Assembly (NCBI GenBank): GCA_016839805.1
Contig: JAEOTO010000032.1
Span: forward strand, 206,725 to 270,724
Length of the DNA: 64,000 bases
From: Candidatus Hermodarchaeota archaeon
GTDB taxonomy: Archaea > Asgardarchaeota > Hermodarchaeia > Hermodarchaeales > Hermodarchaeaceae
Direction: 5' to 3'
Positions within the stretch are counted from its first letter, which is position 1. Each line of letters begins with the position of its first letter. The translations under genes were made by a program, and so were the position numbers. A model generated the notes under the pieces. That model was given only the letters and a program-made list of their open reading frames with translations, did not search any database and was not told the origin of the DNA. This document shows positions 28,188 through 38,700 of the stretch, piece after piece.

Positions 28188-31004
28188 CTATTGGGATTTT
28201 GGTTCAGCCCACCATTCGCGGGTTCGGATAAACTGCTTTTCATTTTCTAATATGAGACGGAAAAACTCACTCTCTGAACGATCATGACTCCCAGCCAAAA
28301 CTCGTTTAACAACCGTCGGTCCAATACCTCGACCTGCCATCGCAATTAACGCAGGTTTCCCATAAGCCAACACTACGTTAGCATTCTCGCGACCTTTGCG
28401 GAGTGTTTTTCGTTCTTCTGGCGATAATTTTTCACCTGCCCTGTGACGACGAATTGCACGTTCTAAAAGATCATCAGTTGGAAACACTCCTGCAACTAAC
28501 CTTGACTCACATTTCCTACATTGGGGATGTTCTCCTAGGTGTTTTATAGTACGTACACTTGCCCATTGACCACAATGTAAACAGACCAGTTTGACTTTTC
28601 GATTAATCAAACGCTTTTTAGTTTGCTCAAGGATATAGGCCTCAGGAACTTCGGGCTCGAGAAACTCCCCAAAACGTGCAAGAATCTGACGAGCAAAGGG
28701 AGATGGTCGTTTCCGGAATAATCGTTGCAAAACAACTTCGCCGTTCTGGATTGCCTTCAGGAGATCCTGGGTTTCTTTCAGAGACAGCTTATCTATGTAA
28801 AATTCACGAAGCGCCTCTTCAATGATTGGAGTTCCAGTAAAATATTGTATCATTCTCAGTAATTGAGTACTTCGAAGATTAGCCTCTCGGGAAATGACTC
28901 CAAATCTTAATGCGATGTGTACAAACCGTCTAGCAAAGTATGGAGACCGTAATAAAATGAGCTCCAACAAATCATCCATATGGGTAGGTTCAAGCGATTG
29001 GAGGCCCTCACAAATAGCTTCACCAACTTCATATCCTCCTCCACGTTCAAACCGGAAAAGAATACGGTACTGGTCAGCATGAAAAACGACTTCGACGCCT
29101 AATTGTGAAGTTAGGAGACCGGCAAGGACTCGTCCAAGAGTTTGATTAATGCGTGTACCGTAGCAAGAATGAATTACTACAAGTTCATGCCCAATCTCGA
29201 TGTAGATTCTTTGGTTATCTGGGATAAAATCCTCTTCAAGTTGTTTTGTGATAGTTTTTATTAAAACTTCACGTGCTTGAACATCATAATCGATCTTAAA
29301 ATCGATGGATTTCGGGTGATCTAGATTGTCAGCGATGGTATTCCAAAGATCTGCAACTCCTTTGGCCACGTTTTTCGATACTGGAATTAGTTCTCCACTC
29401 CATCGCGGAATTCGACCTTTTGTATGATTGATAGCTGTAACATAGACTTTCTCGTCATCTTGTTTGACAACCTCCCATGGACGCCCGCGTAGAACCAGAA
29501 TATTTCCTCTTTGTCCATATTCTTCGGCAAAACCGGAATCGAGTCGACCAATAGGTCTGCTAGTAGCCATGTTAACAACACGATGAAACGGGATGTCTGG
29601 AATGACTGAGAGATTTTCGAAATAATATGCATAAGACTTACGTCTCGGTCTGAGTATGAACTCATCTCTTGCTAATAACCCCTCTTTTTGAAGGAAATAT
29701 ATGACCTCTGTTATTGTATCTTGTTCAAGTTCGTTATAGGGCGTTGCTTGTTTTATAATCTCAATTGCGCGTTGGTATGGGAGGGTTTTGTATTCAATAG
29801 CCAAACCAACCAGTTGGTGAGCAAGAATATCAAGGGCAAGATTATGGATAGGAGGTGTTTCAAGCCGACCTTTCAGGGCTTGTTGTGCAACCACTAGACT
29901 CTCACAAATATCATCAAACCGCGTAGTTAACATAACCCCCTTCGACTCTCGGTCTAACTGATGCCCAGACCGTCCAACGCGTTGAAGTAATCTAATAACT
30001 TGACGGGGGGATCCAAATTGAATTACCAAATCAACAGTGCCAATATCGAGACCTAATTCCAAGGATGAAGTACAGACTAAGTAGGGAATGATGCCCTCTT
30101 TAAAGTGGGTTTCGGCTTCAATACGGGCTTCGCGAGAGAGAGAACCGTGGTGAACTCCAAATTCATTCCCATGAAGTTTTGCCAATCTAAGGGCTAATGC
30201 TTCAGCTGTTTGTCTTTCATTACAAAATATAAGCGTGGACCTGTGTTCAGTAACAAGCTCCCATATCCGTTTCGCAGGTCCATCGAGTGGAGATTCATCC
30301 GAATCCCCATATGAAAAGGGAACATATTCAATGTGAAAACGAAAATCTTTGGGTGCAGGGGATTTAATAATTCTGACCTGTTCTCCCCCACTCATAAAAG
30401 CTCTAATTTCGTCGGGGTTTCCGATAGTTGCAGACAGACCAACTCGTTGAAACGCTTTACCTGTTAATGCTCGGAGCCTTTCTAATGCTACCATTAGCTG
30501 AACTCCGCGTTTGCTGGTAGCTAGTTCGTGAATTTCGTCGATGATAACACACTGAATATGTTTCAAGTGCTCTCGAATACGTTTTCCTGCTAAAAGGGCT
30601 TGAATTGTCTCAGGAGTTGTGATGAATAGTTGAGGAGGTTTAAGTGTTTGTCGTCGTCGTACTGAAGGTGAAGTGTCACCGTGACGGACTTCGACGCTAA
30701 TCTGAAGTTGCTTTGCAATCAGAACTAATCTTCTCAAAATATCCCGATTTAAAGCACGTAATGGTGTAATCCAAAGAATTTGTACGCCTTTCTTGTTGTT
30801 AGGTTTTGTGAGAAGACGGTGGATTAGGGGGAGAAAAGCCGATTCGGTTTTTCCATGACCAGTCGGAGCAATGAGTAGGACGGATTCCCCGCGAAGTATG
30901 TGGGGAATACTACGTACCTGTATAGGTGTAGGGTTCTGAAATCCCAGTCTTATGATTTCCTTGTAAAGCTGAGGATTCAACTTTTTAAATACGTCCTCGA
31001 CCAC
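28188..31004 (-). CDS. lhr: Lhr-family SF2 helicase
   Basis: APTGHGKT, TPLRALNRD, DEIH, LSAT, HHGSLS, LELGLDIG, QRVGRSGH; C-terminal CxxC pairs. Confidence 0.93.
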   Translation of the reverse strand: MVEDVFKKLNPQLYKEIIRLGFQNPTPIQVRSIPHILRGESVLLIAPTGHGKTESAFLPLIHRLLTKPNNKKGVQILWITPLRALNRDILRRLVLIAKQLQISVEVRHGDTSPSVRRRQTLKPPQLFITTPETIQALLAGKRIREHLKHIQCVIIDEIHELATSKRGVQLMVALERLRALTGKAFQRVGLSATIGNPDEIRAFMSGGEQVRIIKSPAPKDFRFHIEYVPFSYGDSDESPLDGPAKRIWELVTEHRSTLIFCNERQTAEALALRLAKLHGNEFGVHHGSLSREARIEAETHFKEGIIPYLVCTSSLELGLDIGTVDLVIQFGSPRQVIRLLQRVGRSGHQLDRESKGVMLTTRFDDICESLVVAQQALKGRLETPPIHNLALDILAHQLVGLAIEYKTLPYQRAIEIIKQATPYNELEQDTITEVIYFLQKEGLLARDEFILRPRRKSYAYYFENLSVIPDIPFHRVVNMATSRPIGRLDSGFAEEYGQRGNILVLRGRPWEVVKQDDEKVYVTAINHTKGRIPRWSGELIPVSKNVAKGVADLWNTIADNLDHPKSIDFKIDYDVQAREVLIKTITKQLEEDFIPDNQRIYIEIGHELVVIHSCYGTRINQTLGRVLAGLLTSQLGVEVVFHADQYRILFRFERGGGYEVGEAICEGLQSLEPTHMDDLLELILLRSPYFARRFVHIALRFGVISREANLRSTQLLRMIQYFTGTPIIEEALREFYIDKLSLKETQDLLKAIQNGEVVLQRLFRKRPSPFARQILARFGEFLEPEVPEAYILEQTKKRLINRKVKLVCLHCGQWASVRTIKHLGEHPQCRKCESRLVAGVFPTDDLLERAIRRHRAGEKLSPEERKTLRKGRENANVVLAYGKPALIAMAGRGIGPTVVKRVLAGSHDRSESEFFRLILENEKQFIRTREWWAEPKSQ

Positions 31005-31106
31005 ATTTCGCGCCTCTGAGATAGCGAGTTCAAAGAGAGGTTTTTAAACATTGGTAGTAAAAACCAGTGGTATCGAACAATCTATTATCGGAGGTTGTTT
31101 TCCCAC

Positions 31107-32849
31107 ATGTCACTTAAGCTTGCCGAAATTGTGGATTTAATTGTGAGCAAATCCGGAAAATCCAAGGATGAGGTCCTTAAGCTCATTGAAGCTAAAAAGA
31201 AAGAACTGAACGGTTACGTCACTGACGAAGGAGCCGCATCACTTGTAGCTCGAGAGTTAGACCTCGATCTCTTTGAAAGACAACAAACACCAGAGCTCAA
31301 ATTAACCGTCCGTGACCTTGTTGCGGGAATGACAGGTGTTTCATTAAATCTGAAAGTACTTCGAATTTATCCTGTTAGAACGTTTCAACGTAAACAAGGA
31401 GGCGAAGGAAAAGTTGCTAGCATACTAGGCAGTGACTCAACAGGATCCATTAGAGTGACATTCTGGAATAAACACACCCAACCTATTGAGGATCAAGAAT
31501 TTGACGAAGAGGATATTCTTCGAGTTATCAATGGAAGGGTGAGAACCGGGCTGCGTAATCAATTAGAAATCCATCTAGGAGGAGGAAGTCGAATAATGAT
31601 CAATCCTCCTGACGTTGATTCAAAAGATTTTCCTAACGCTGTCATCACCTTTTCTAAAATAAATACACTTGCTGAGGGAATGAATGATGTTCACGCTGAA
31701 GTAAAAGTGGTTGCCAAATATCGTGTTACCACTTTCAGCCGTGGTGATTCAGATGGAACAGTAGCGAGCTTAGCTATCCGCGATGACACTGGTCAAACTA
31801 GATTAGTATTATGGGATGAACAAAGTGAATGGTTCAATAAACTTTCATTAAACGATAGCATTCGAATCGAAAGTGGCTATGTTCGATTGGACCGAAATAA
31901 TGAACCTGAACTGCATTTAGGTCGTCGTGGCCGAATTCAGATGATTAGTTCCGCATCTGATCTATCTTCCTCGGTGAAGCCATCGCAGTTGCAGACTCTT
32001 AAGGATCTTAATCCTGGTGATTTCGCGAGTGCTATTGGTGTAGCTGTATTAGAGAACCAAGGTCTAAGCACATTTACTCGGCGTGATGGCAAAGAAGGAA
32101 AACGGCTGGTTTTCACATTTGCCGATAAAACTGGAAAAGTGCGGGCTGTTGCCTGGGGGCAAGCTGCTGAACGCCTTGCTGATGTCGAGGTAGGATCAAC
32201 ACTTCTACTAGAAGGTGCTAGTTGCCGTTCTGGGCTTCGGCAAGAATTAGAAATCCACATTAATGAATCAACACAGGTTATTCGAAATCCACCGAAATTA
32301 AAGATTTCAAGTCCTTCGGATACTCTCCTTATGAGCAGCAAATCCGATGCCCCGCATCAAATTATTGCGAATGTGATTGAAGGTAATTATGTCACAGTGA
32401 AAGGAACTATTGTGCAGGTAATCCACCAAAAATCCGTTTATGATTCTTGTCCCCGTTGCTTCAAAAAGGTATCAATTAGTAATTCAACAATATCCTGTCC
32501 TAAGTGTGGTGAAATCTCCCAATCGGAACCACGGTTAATCGCAAAAATTGTCATAGATGACGGAACAGAAAACATTCGTGCAAGTCTCATTGGAACATCA
32601 GCAGAGAAACTATTTGGCATAAGTGGGAAAGAAGCAAAAATCCTCATCGAAAAATCTGGTAACGAAGATGAACCGGTTCGACACGTAGAAGATATCTTGC
32701 TTGGAAAAGAAGTCAATTTATCTGGTCGAATTAGTCTAAATAACTTCTCAAACCAGTTAGAACTCTCGGTCAATGAAGTCTCGGAGGTTAATGCTCTTGA
32801 GACAATTAAACAGCTGATGGATATCCACGAACGAAAAGCCCAAAGGTAA
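31107..32849 (+). CDS. rpa: Replication protein A (multiple OB folds plus Zn finger)
   Basis: Three repeats of DxTGxxRxxxW plus a C-terminal OB fold with CPRC..CPKC and DDGT. Confidence 0.9.
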   Translation: MSLKLAEIVDLIVSKSGKSKDEVLKLIEAKKKELNGYVTDEGAASLVARELDLDLFERQQTPELKLTVRDLVAGMTGVSLNLKVLRIYPVRTFQRKQGGEGKVASILGSDSTGSIRVTFWNKHTQPIEDQEFDEEDILRVINGRVRTGLRNQLEIHLGGGSRIMINPPDVDSKDFPNAVITFSKINTLAEGMNDVHAEVKVVAKYRVTTFSRGDSDGTVASLAIRDDTGQTRLVLWDEQSEWFNKLSLNDSIRIESGYVRLDRNNEPELHLGRRGRIQMISSASDLSSSVKPSQLQTLKDLNPGDFASAIGVAVLENQGLSTFTRRDGKEGKRLVFTFADKTGKVRAVAWGQAAERLADVEVGSTLLLEGASCRSGLRQELEIHINESTQVIRNPPKLKISSPSDTLLMSSKSDAPHQIIANVIEGNYVTVKGTIVQVIHQKSVYDSCPRCFKKVSISNSTISCPKCGEISQSEPRLIAKIVIDDGTENIRASLIGTSAEKLFGISGKEAKILIEKSGNEDEPVRHVEDILLGKEVNLSGRISLNNFSNQLELSVNEVSEVNALETIKQLMDIHERKAQR

Positions 32850-32912
32850 TGGCGTTTTAATATTTCAAGATGCTATATAGAACATCAAACTTATGCAATG
32901 AAGGGTATTCAA

Positions 32913-33191
32913 ATGGGTCGGCGACGTAGAAAAACAACTCCCAAGCGTCCTGTTCGAACAATTCCATCAATTTTCAATTGTCCGAGATGTGGACGAAATG
33001 CAGTTCGTGTGGAACTAAACCGGAATATTGGGCAGGGAACAGTTCATTGTGGAAACTGTGATGTACAAGCCACAATTACTATTACACCTCTAACAGAACC
33101 CGTTGATGCATATGGTGAATTTGTAGATATTTGTGCAACCCAACCTGTAACCTCATCAAAGACACCAAATTCACGAGTTTCTCAGGAATAG
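32913..33191 (+). CDS. elf1: Transcription elongation factor Elf1
   Basis: MGRRRRK, FNCPRC, CGNC, EPVDAYGEFVD. Confidence 0.9.
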   Translation: MGRRRRKTTPKRPVRTIPSIFNCPRCGRNAVRVELNRNIGQGTVHCGNCDVQATITITPLTEPVDAYGEFVDICATQPVTSSKTPNSRVSQE

Positions 33192-33256
33192 TAAGGTTTT
33201 TCATTTTTACCCAACTACGTATCCAAATCTGAAATGGCTCTCAATTGCTGGTTTAC

Positions 33257-33946
33257 ATGATAGTCTGTTGCATCATTCCTGCTTATCAAGAATCGCGTGC
33301 GGTAGATCAGGTAGTAACAATTTCTCAGAAGTATTGTGACCTGGTGGTGGTAGTTGACGATGGCAGTACTGATGGTACAGGACAAATTGCCCAAGATGCG
33401 GGTGCCACAGTACTCCGGCATCACCAAAATCGAGGGAAAGGTGCAGCTCTAAGGACTGGATTTGCCTTTGCAATAAAACACCAATATGATGTGATAATCA
33501 CCTTGGATGGGGATTTGCAGCATAATCCTCATTCCATTCCCCGGTTTCTTACACACCTTAAACAAGGATTCGATATCGTTGTGGGCTCGCGATATTCAAC
33601 TCGATCTGAAAAAATGCCGTTTGTACGGAAATTAAGTAATCTCATCACTACACAAGCTCTTAGGGTGTTCTTCAAAATACCCGTGACAGATTCCCAATCA
33701 GGCTATCGCGCTTTTAGAAGAACAGTGTTAGAAAGAATCTCTGTACGTGATGATGGATTTGCAGCAGAAACGGAGATCCTCATCGACGCTCAACGAGCTG
33801 GGTTTGTAATTTCTGAGGTTCCCATTGCAACAAATTATGGGGATGAGGAATCGAAAATAAAGGCTCGCCGTGATATTGCACAATGGCTTTTAACGCTTGC
33901 ACGAAACCTGGTTTACCGTCCACGTTTTTTCAGCCACAGCACATAG
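33257..33946 (+). CDS. GT2 glycosyltransferase (Dol-P-Man synthase-like)
   Basis: IPAYQE, VDDGSTD, GKGAA, DGDLQH, DSQSGYR. Confidence 0.9.
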   Translation: MIVCCIIPAYQESRAVDQVVTISQKYCDLVVVVDDGSTDGTGQIAQDAGATVLRHHQNRGKGAALRTGFAFAIKHQYDVIITLDGDLQHNPHSIPRFLTHLKQGFDIVVGSRYSTRSEKMPFVRKLSNLITTQALRVFFKIPVTDSQSGYRAFRRTVLERISVRDDGFAAETEILIDAQRAGFVISEVPIATNYGDEESKIKARRDIAQWLLTLARNLVYRPRFFSHST

Positions 33947-34890
33947 ACAAACACTACAATCCCAGCAACTAACACTAATACTACAAAGAAAATCATAATC
34001 GACGTAGGATCTTGGAGTAAGGGAAAGGACATCCATCTAAAAATATTAGACCACAATAAGGAATTATCCATTGATTGGAACCAACTTTGATTTGTTGCAG
34101 CACAAATAGTGTCAGCAAACATTGTAGTTGATGTACATAACACAATTCGTGAATTTCCGTTTTCAAAGGCTGCTAACCATCCTGGTTGGTTACTGATGTG
34201 TTGTCCATTTATCGCCACGGCTTCTGAGGTCTCAGCTCCTGTGGAGACAAGAAGAGGGGAGATATCGGTGGTAAGAGAACCTGCCGCAATTATGATGGAT
34301 TTAAGCCCCGCTGCAAGGAGGTCACGATAGAAAGTCGTATTAAAGTCTGAACCGTTTATCTGGATGTTATAAGGGATACCAATAGCGTTCATAGGATCGA
34401 TTATCCCATCTCCTTGTGTATTATTACCCTCTAAGAATGTGGTAAATTGGATTCTATCTTCAGGCAGCCTTTGTAAAATCGCGTTCAATGCTATTGGATT
34501 TCCTAGCTGCCTTCCATCAACTTGATAGTCACTTAGCAGGAACAAAGAACCGCCCCGAGTTACGTAATTCGAGATGACTTCCTGCTCTGATGATGAATAG
34601 TTTTTGCCTGGATTAGGAATGACCAAAATATGAGAACGAGATAGATTTTCTGCTGTTAATCTTCCTTCTTCCAAAATTCTTACAAAATATTCTGGATACT
34701 CTTGGAGTTGATCAATGGCTTGTGAAAAGTTTCGATTTATAGGGCTAAACAATTGGTCGTGGCTAAAATCAATCACAATCGTGATTTGCCCTTCTTCTCC
34801 TGAAGTCCTTGCACCTACTTGAGGTAGCACAAATATCAGTAGAATAACCACAAGTCCGACAATAATCTGTTGGCGGGAGGTATGGGCCAT
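33913..34890 (-). CDS. Membrane-anchored exported protein with GIFT/DUF4350-like domain
   Basis: Signal peptide, IDFSH, LVIPNP, GGSLFL, C-terminal TM helix followed by KKRGR. Confidence 0.7.
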   Translation of the reverse strand: MAHTSRQQIIVGLVVILLIFVLPQVGARTSGEEGQITIVIDFSHDQLFSPINRNFSQAIDQLQEYPEYFVRILEEGRLTAENLSRSHILVIPNPGKNYSSSEQEVISNYVTRGGSLFLLSDYQVDGRQLGNPIALNAILQRLPEDRIQFTTFLEGNNTQGDGIIDPMNAIGIPYNIQINGSDFNTTFYRDLLAAGLKSIIIAAGSLTTDISPLLVSTGAETSEAVAINGQHISNQPGWLAAFENGNSRIVLCTSTTMFADTICAATNQSWFQSMDNSLLWSNIFRWMSFPLLQDPTSIMIFFVVLVLVAGIVVFVYVLWLKKRGR

Positions 34891-35043
34891 TTAGCAAATT
34901 CACCTGCGTCTGATAGGCAGATGTGACAGGTGTTACACTTTAAAGCCTTTTCCTAATCGGAGTTACTAGAAATGAATTAAAAAATGAATATTAGGTGCTG
35001 TCGTCAAAACGCATAAGAGTCACCATCATCCCCTGGTTAGACA

Positions 35044-35745
35044 ATGGCAACTCCTGTCGTCACTACTGAAGTTCAACGGAAGCTCTTTCATTCACTAATG
35101 GTTTTAGTTGTTTTAATCAACTGGTTAGGAGTGCAATTTCTTGGACCTTTACGCGGTCCCCTATTATCCATTGGGTTTACAGGCATCTGCTTAGTATTCT
35201 TTCTTGGCTTTGACATTGCACGTATCCGAGTCTATGGCTACTTCCCCTTTCGACATATTACTGACCGTGTCATGCGACCCAAAGAACGTACACGTCTTGG
35301 TGCAAGTGTATACTTTGCAGTTGGTACTATGTTCGCTTTTCTGTCACTTTATTTCATTAGTAATCTTCTTTTAATGTGGTTTAACTTGCACCTTAACTGG
35401 ATGCTTTCAGGATGGCTAGCTGCTGGTGCTGTTCTCGTTGCAGCCATTGGTGATGGAGCTGCCGCAATAATCGGCATGAGATTTGGACGCCATCGCATTA
35501 AAGGAAACCGCACCGTTGAAGGAACAATTGGTGGGTTTATCTTTGGATTTCTGGGGTTCATTCCCTTATGTTATTTTATCGGTGTTCCTTTGATTTACGG
35601 ATTTATTGGTGCAATTGTTTTAGTGATTGTAGATTTTATTGCCTCACCAATCAATGACAATTTATTAAACCCAATCGTTATTGCGTTTACCCTAGCAATT
35701 TTTGAAATTACTATTCTCATTTTCTTTAGTATGGGGGTTGGTTAA
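35044..35745 (+). CDS. Dolichol/phytol kinase-like (CTP transferase family) membrane protein
   Basis: RKLFH, GDGAAAIIG..FG, RTVEG, DNL. Confidence 0.85.
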   Translation: MATPVVTTEVQRKLFHSLMVLVVLINWLGVQFLGPLRGPLLSIGFTGICLVFFLGFDIARIRVYGYFPFRHITDRVMRPKERTRLGASVYFAVGTMFAFLSLYFISNLLLMWFNLHLNWMLSGWLAAGAVLVAAIGDGAAAIIGMRFGRHRIKGNRTVEGTIGGFIFGFLGFIPLCYFIGVPLIYGFIGAIVLVIVDFIASPINDNLLNPIVIAFTLAIFEITILIFFSMGVG

Positions 35746-38700
35746 TGCGGTATCAAGAATCCTACATCACAGCTATCAAAGATGAAGTTCAACGGCTCGA
35801 TCAGACCGCAAAAAAGGCGCGTGGTAAAGGTCTAGATCCAACTCCGAATGTTGAGATGCATCCAGCTGATGATGTTGCTGGGCGCGTGGAAGGATTAGTG
35901 GGACCTCCTGGTGTTGGGGAACGAATAAGACAATTAAGTGAAACTGAACCTGCTCAAAGCGTGGCATTTGAAATAGCCCGAGAGATCATACATGGCGCAC
36001 GTACTGAGGGATTGGACATTGAAGCCGCTGCAGAACAAGCCATTCGTACAGCCTTGGCAATTTTGACCGAAGGAATTACTGCGGGACCCATCGAGGGAAT
36101 TGCTACTGTAAAAGTCAAGACCAATACGGATGGAAGTCGATATTTAGCCGTCTATTTTGCAGGACCTATCCGTGCTGCAGGTGGGACAGAGGCAGCACAA
36201 ACTGTAATCGTTGCTGATGCAGTTCGACAAGAACTGGATTTAGATCGGTATAAACCTTCAATTGAGCATGTTGAAAGATATGTTGAAGAAGTCGATTTGT
36301 ATAATCGGCAATCTCATCTTCAATACCCCTCAAAGCCGGAAGAGGTAAGGGTGGCAGCACGTAATATTCCCGTTGAAGTCACAGGTGAACCCACAGCTGA
36401 AGTAGAAGTCACCGGCTATCGAGATCTTCCCGGTGTAGAAACCAATCGACTTCGAGGGGGAGCAATCCTTGTTCTAAATGACAGTATCCTTGGAAAAACT
36501 CATAAATTAGCCAACCTCGTCGTGCAGCATTCTTTGTCAGGCTGGGATTGGCTGGAAAACTTAGCGCCTAGCGAAACAGACGAGAATTTTATTGAACACC
36601 GGATTCAGCCGGAAGAAAAATACCTTGAAGATATGCCTGCTGGACGTCCAGCGTTAGCTTACCCATCACGGAAAGGTGGGTTCCGGATAAGATATGGTCG
36701 ATCGCGAAACACTGGACTAGCAGCCCTCGGAGTTCACCCAGCTACAATGGTGCTCCTAGACAATTACATCGCTTGTGGAACTCAATTGAAAATTGAACGG
36801 CCGGGGAAGGGCTGTATTGCAATGCCCGTTGACTCCATTCATGGCCCCATCGTGAAATTACATAATGGCAGTATTATTCGAGTAGATAAGGTTGATGAAG
36901 CGAACCAAATCCGTGATTATATTGCTAAAATTCTGTTCTTAGGCGACCTCCTAATTGGATTTGGAGAATTTCGTGAGAATAACCATCTACTCATTCCTGC
37001 CGGTTATTGTCCTGAATGGTGGGCTCAAGAAGTTCTAAGTGGTTTTCTCTCAGCATCTTCGGCGCAGCGTGATGAACTATTCCAAAGCGTTGATAAACAA
37101 ACCTTCTCCCTAATACTTAACGAACCTTTTCAAAACTTTCCGGATCCATGGCAAGCTTTAGCGATATCCACCATTATTGGTGCTCCTTTACATCCACGAT
37201 ATCTATATTTCTGGGAAGACCTTTCTGCTACACAGCTACAGACATTACAAAAATGGACTCTTCAACTTACTGTGAAACATAATAAGTCGCGGGTTATAGA
37301 GCTCCATGGTCCATTAGACACAGAGATAGAGCAAATTATCGATACTCTATGCATTCCTTGCGAAATTAAAGAGAATAAGATAGCCTTCAAGGAAGCTGCT
37401 CCTATTCTTCATGCACTCTTCTTGGGTGAAACTCGATGCAAATTCACATCTTCACTAGATGACACAATTGATATCATGAGCTATTTGCAAGCTAACTGGG
37501 TAATCCCCATTCATCCTAAAGGTACGTTTTATATTGGCGCTCGAATTGGACGTCCAGAAAAAGCAAAACGCCGAAAAATGGACCCACCACCTCATGGTAT
37601 TTTTCCAGTGGGAAATGCCGGAGGAGCTACGAGGGATATACGAAAGGCTGAGAAAAAGAGTTCGATTACAGTTGAAACCAATATCCGCCTCTGTCCTAGG
37701 TGCAGAGAAAATACCTTTCTTCGAATATGCCCCGAGTGTGAAATCGAAACCGAATCCATTCGTTGGTGCCCTACTTGTAAGCGACAAACTAAAGCCCAAA
37801 CTTGTGGAGAATGCGGAAATTCAACCAATACGTATGGTCAAATCGAACTACACCTAAAGAAGTATATGGATCGAGCGCGGAAATGCTTTGGTGAAAGACT
37901 TCCTGGACGAGTAAAAGGCGTGAAGGGGTTAATGAGTAAACACAAGACCCCAGAACCTCTAGAAAAAGCTATACTCCGAGCACGTCACGATCTTTTCGTC
38001 TATAAAGACGGCACAATCCGGTTTGACATGACAGATGCCCCTTTAACCCATTTCAAGCCATGTGAGCTTAACGTCTCATCGGAAAAACTTCGTGAACTAG
38101 GGTATGCATTCGATAGACAAGGAAACACTCTAAACACCAAAGAACAAATCCTCGAACTCAAAACACAGGATATCATTATTCCCTATGACTGTGCAAAACA
38201 CCTCTACCGCGTATCCAAGTTTATCGACGACCTCCTCGTCCAGGTTTATCATCTCGATCCCTACTATGAACTCAAAGCTCCTGAGGATCTTCTTGGACAC
38301 TTAGTCGTGGGTCTCGCACCCCACACCTCCGCAGGCGTTATCGGAAGAATCATCGGATTCACCCCACTCCGAGTATGCTACGCACACCCCTTCTGGCACG
38401 CAGCGAAACGACGCAACTGTATTGACGGAAGTGAAGAGATTCTGATTTGGGATGCAGAAAAAACCAGACTTCTCAGACGCCCTCTTGGGAGCACAGTTGA
38501 AGAACTCATTAATCAAGAAGTAAAACAAAGAATTGTTGATGATTTCGGAACCATTGCAATTGATAATCCCTATCATAATTGGTTTGCTCTGAGCTTTGAT
38601 CCGGAAAAATTACATCCAATACTACAGCCAATTAAACATTGGATTAAAGGGCAAAGTACGAACTGGGTTGAAATCACAACGCAATCTGGCAGAAGTATCA

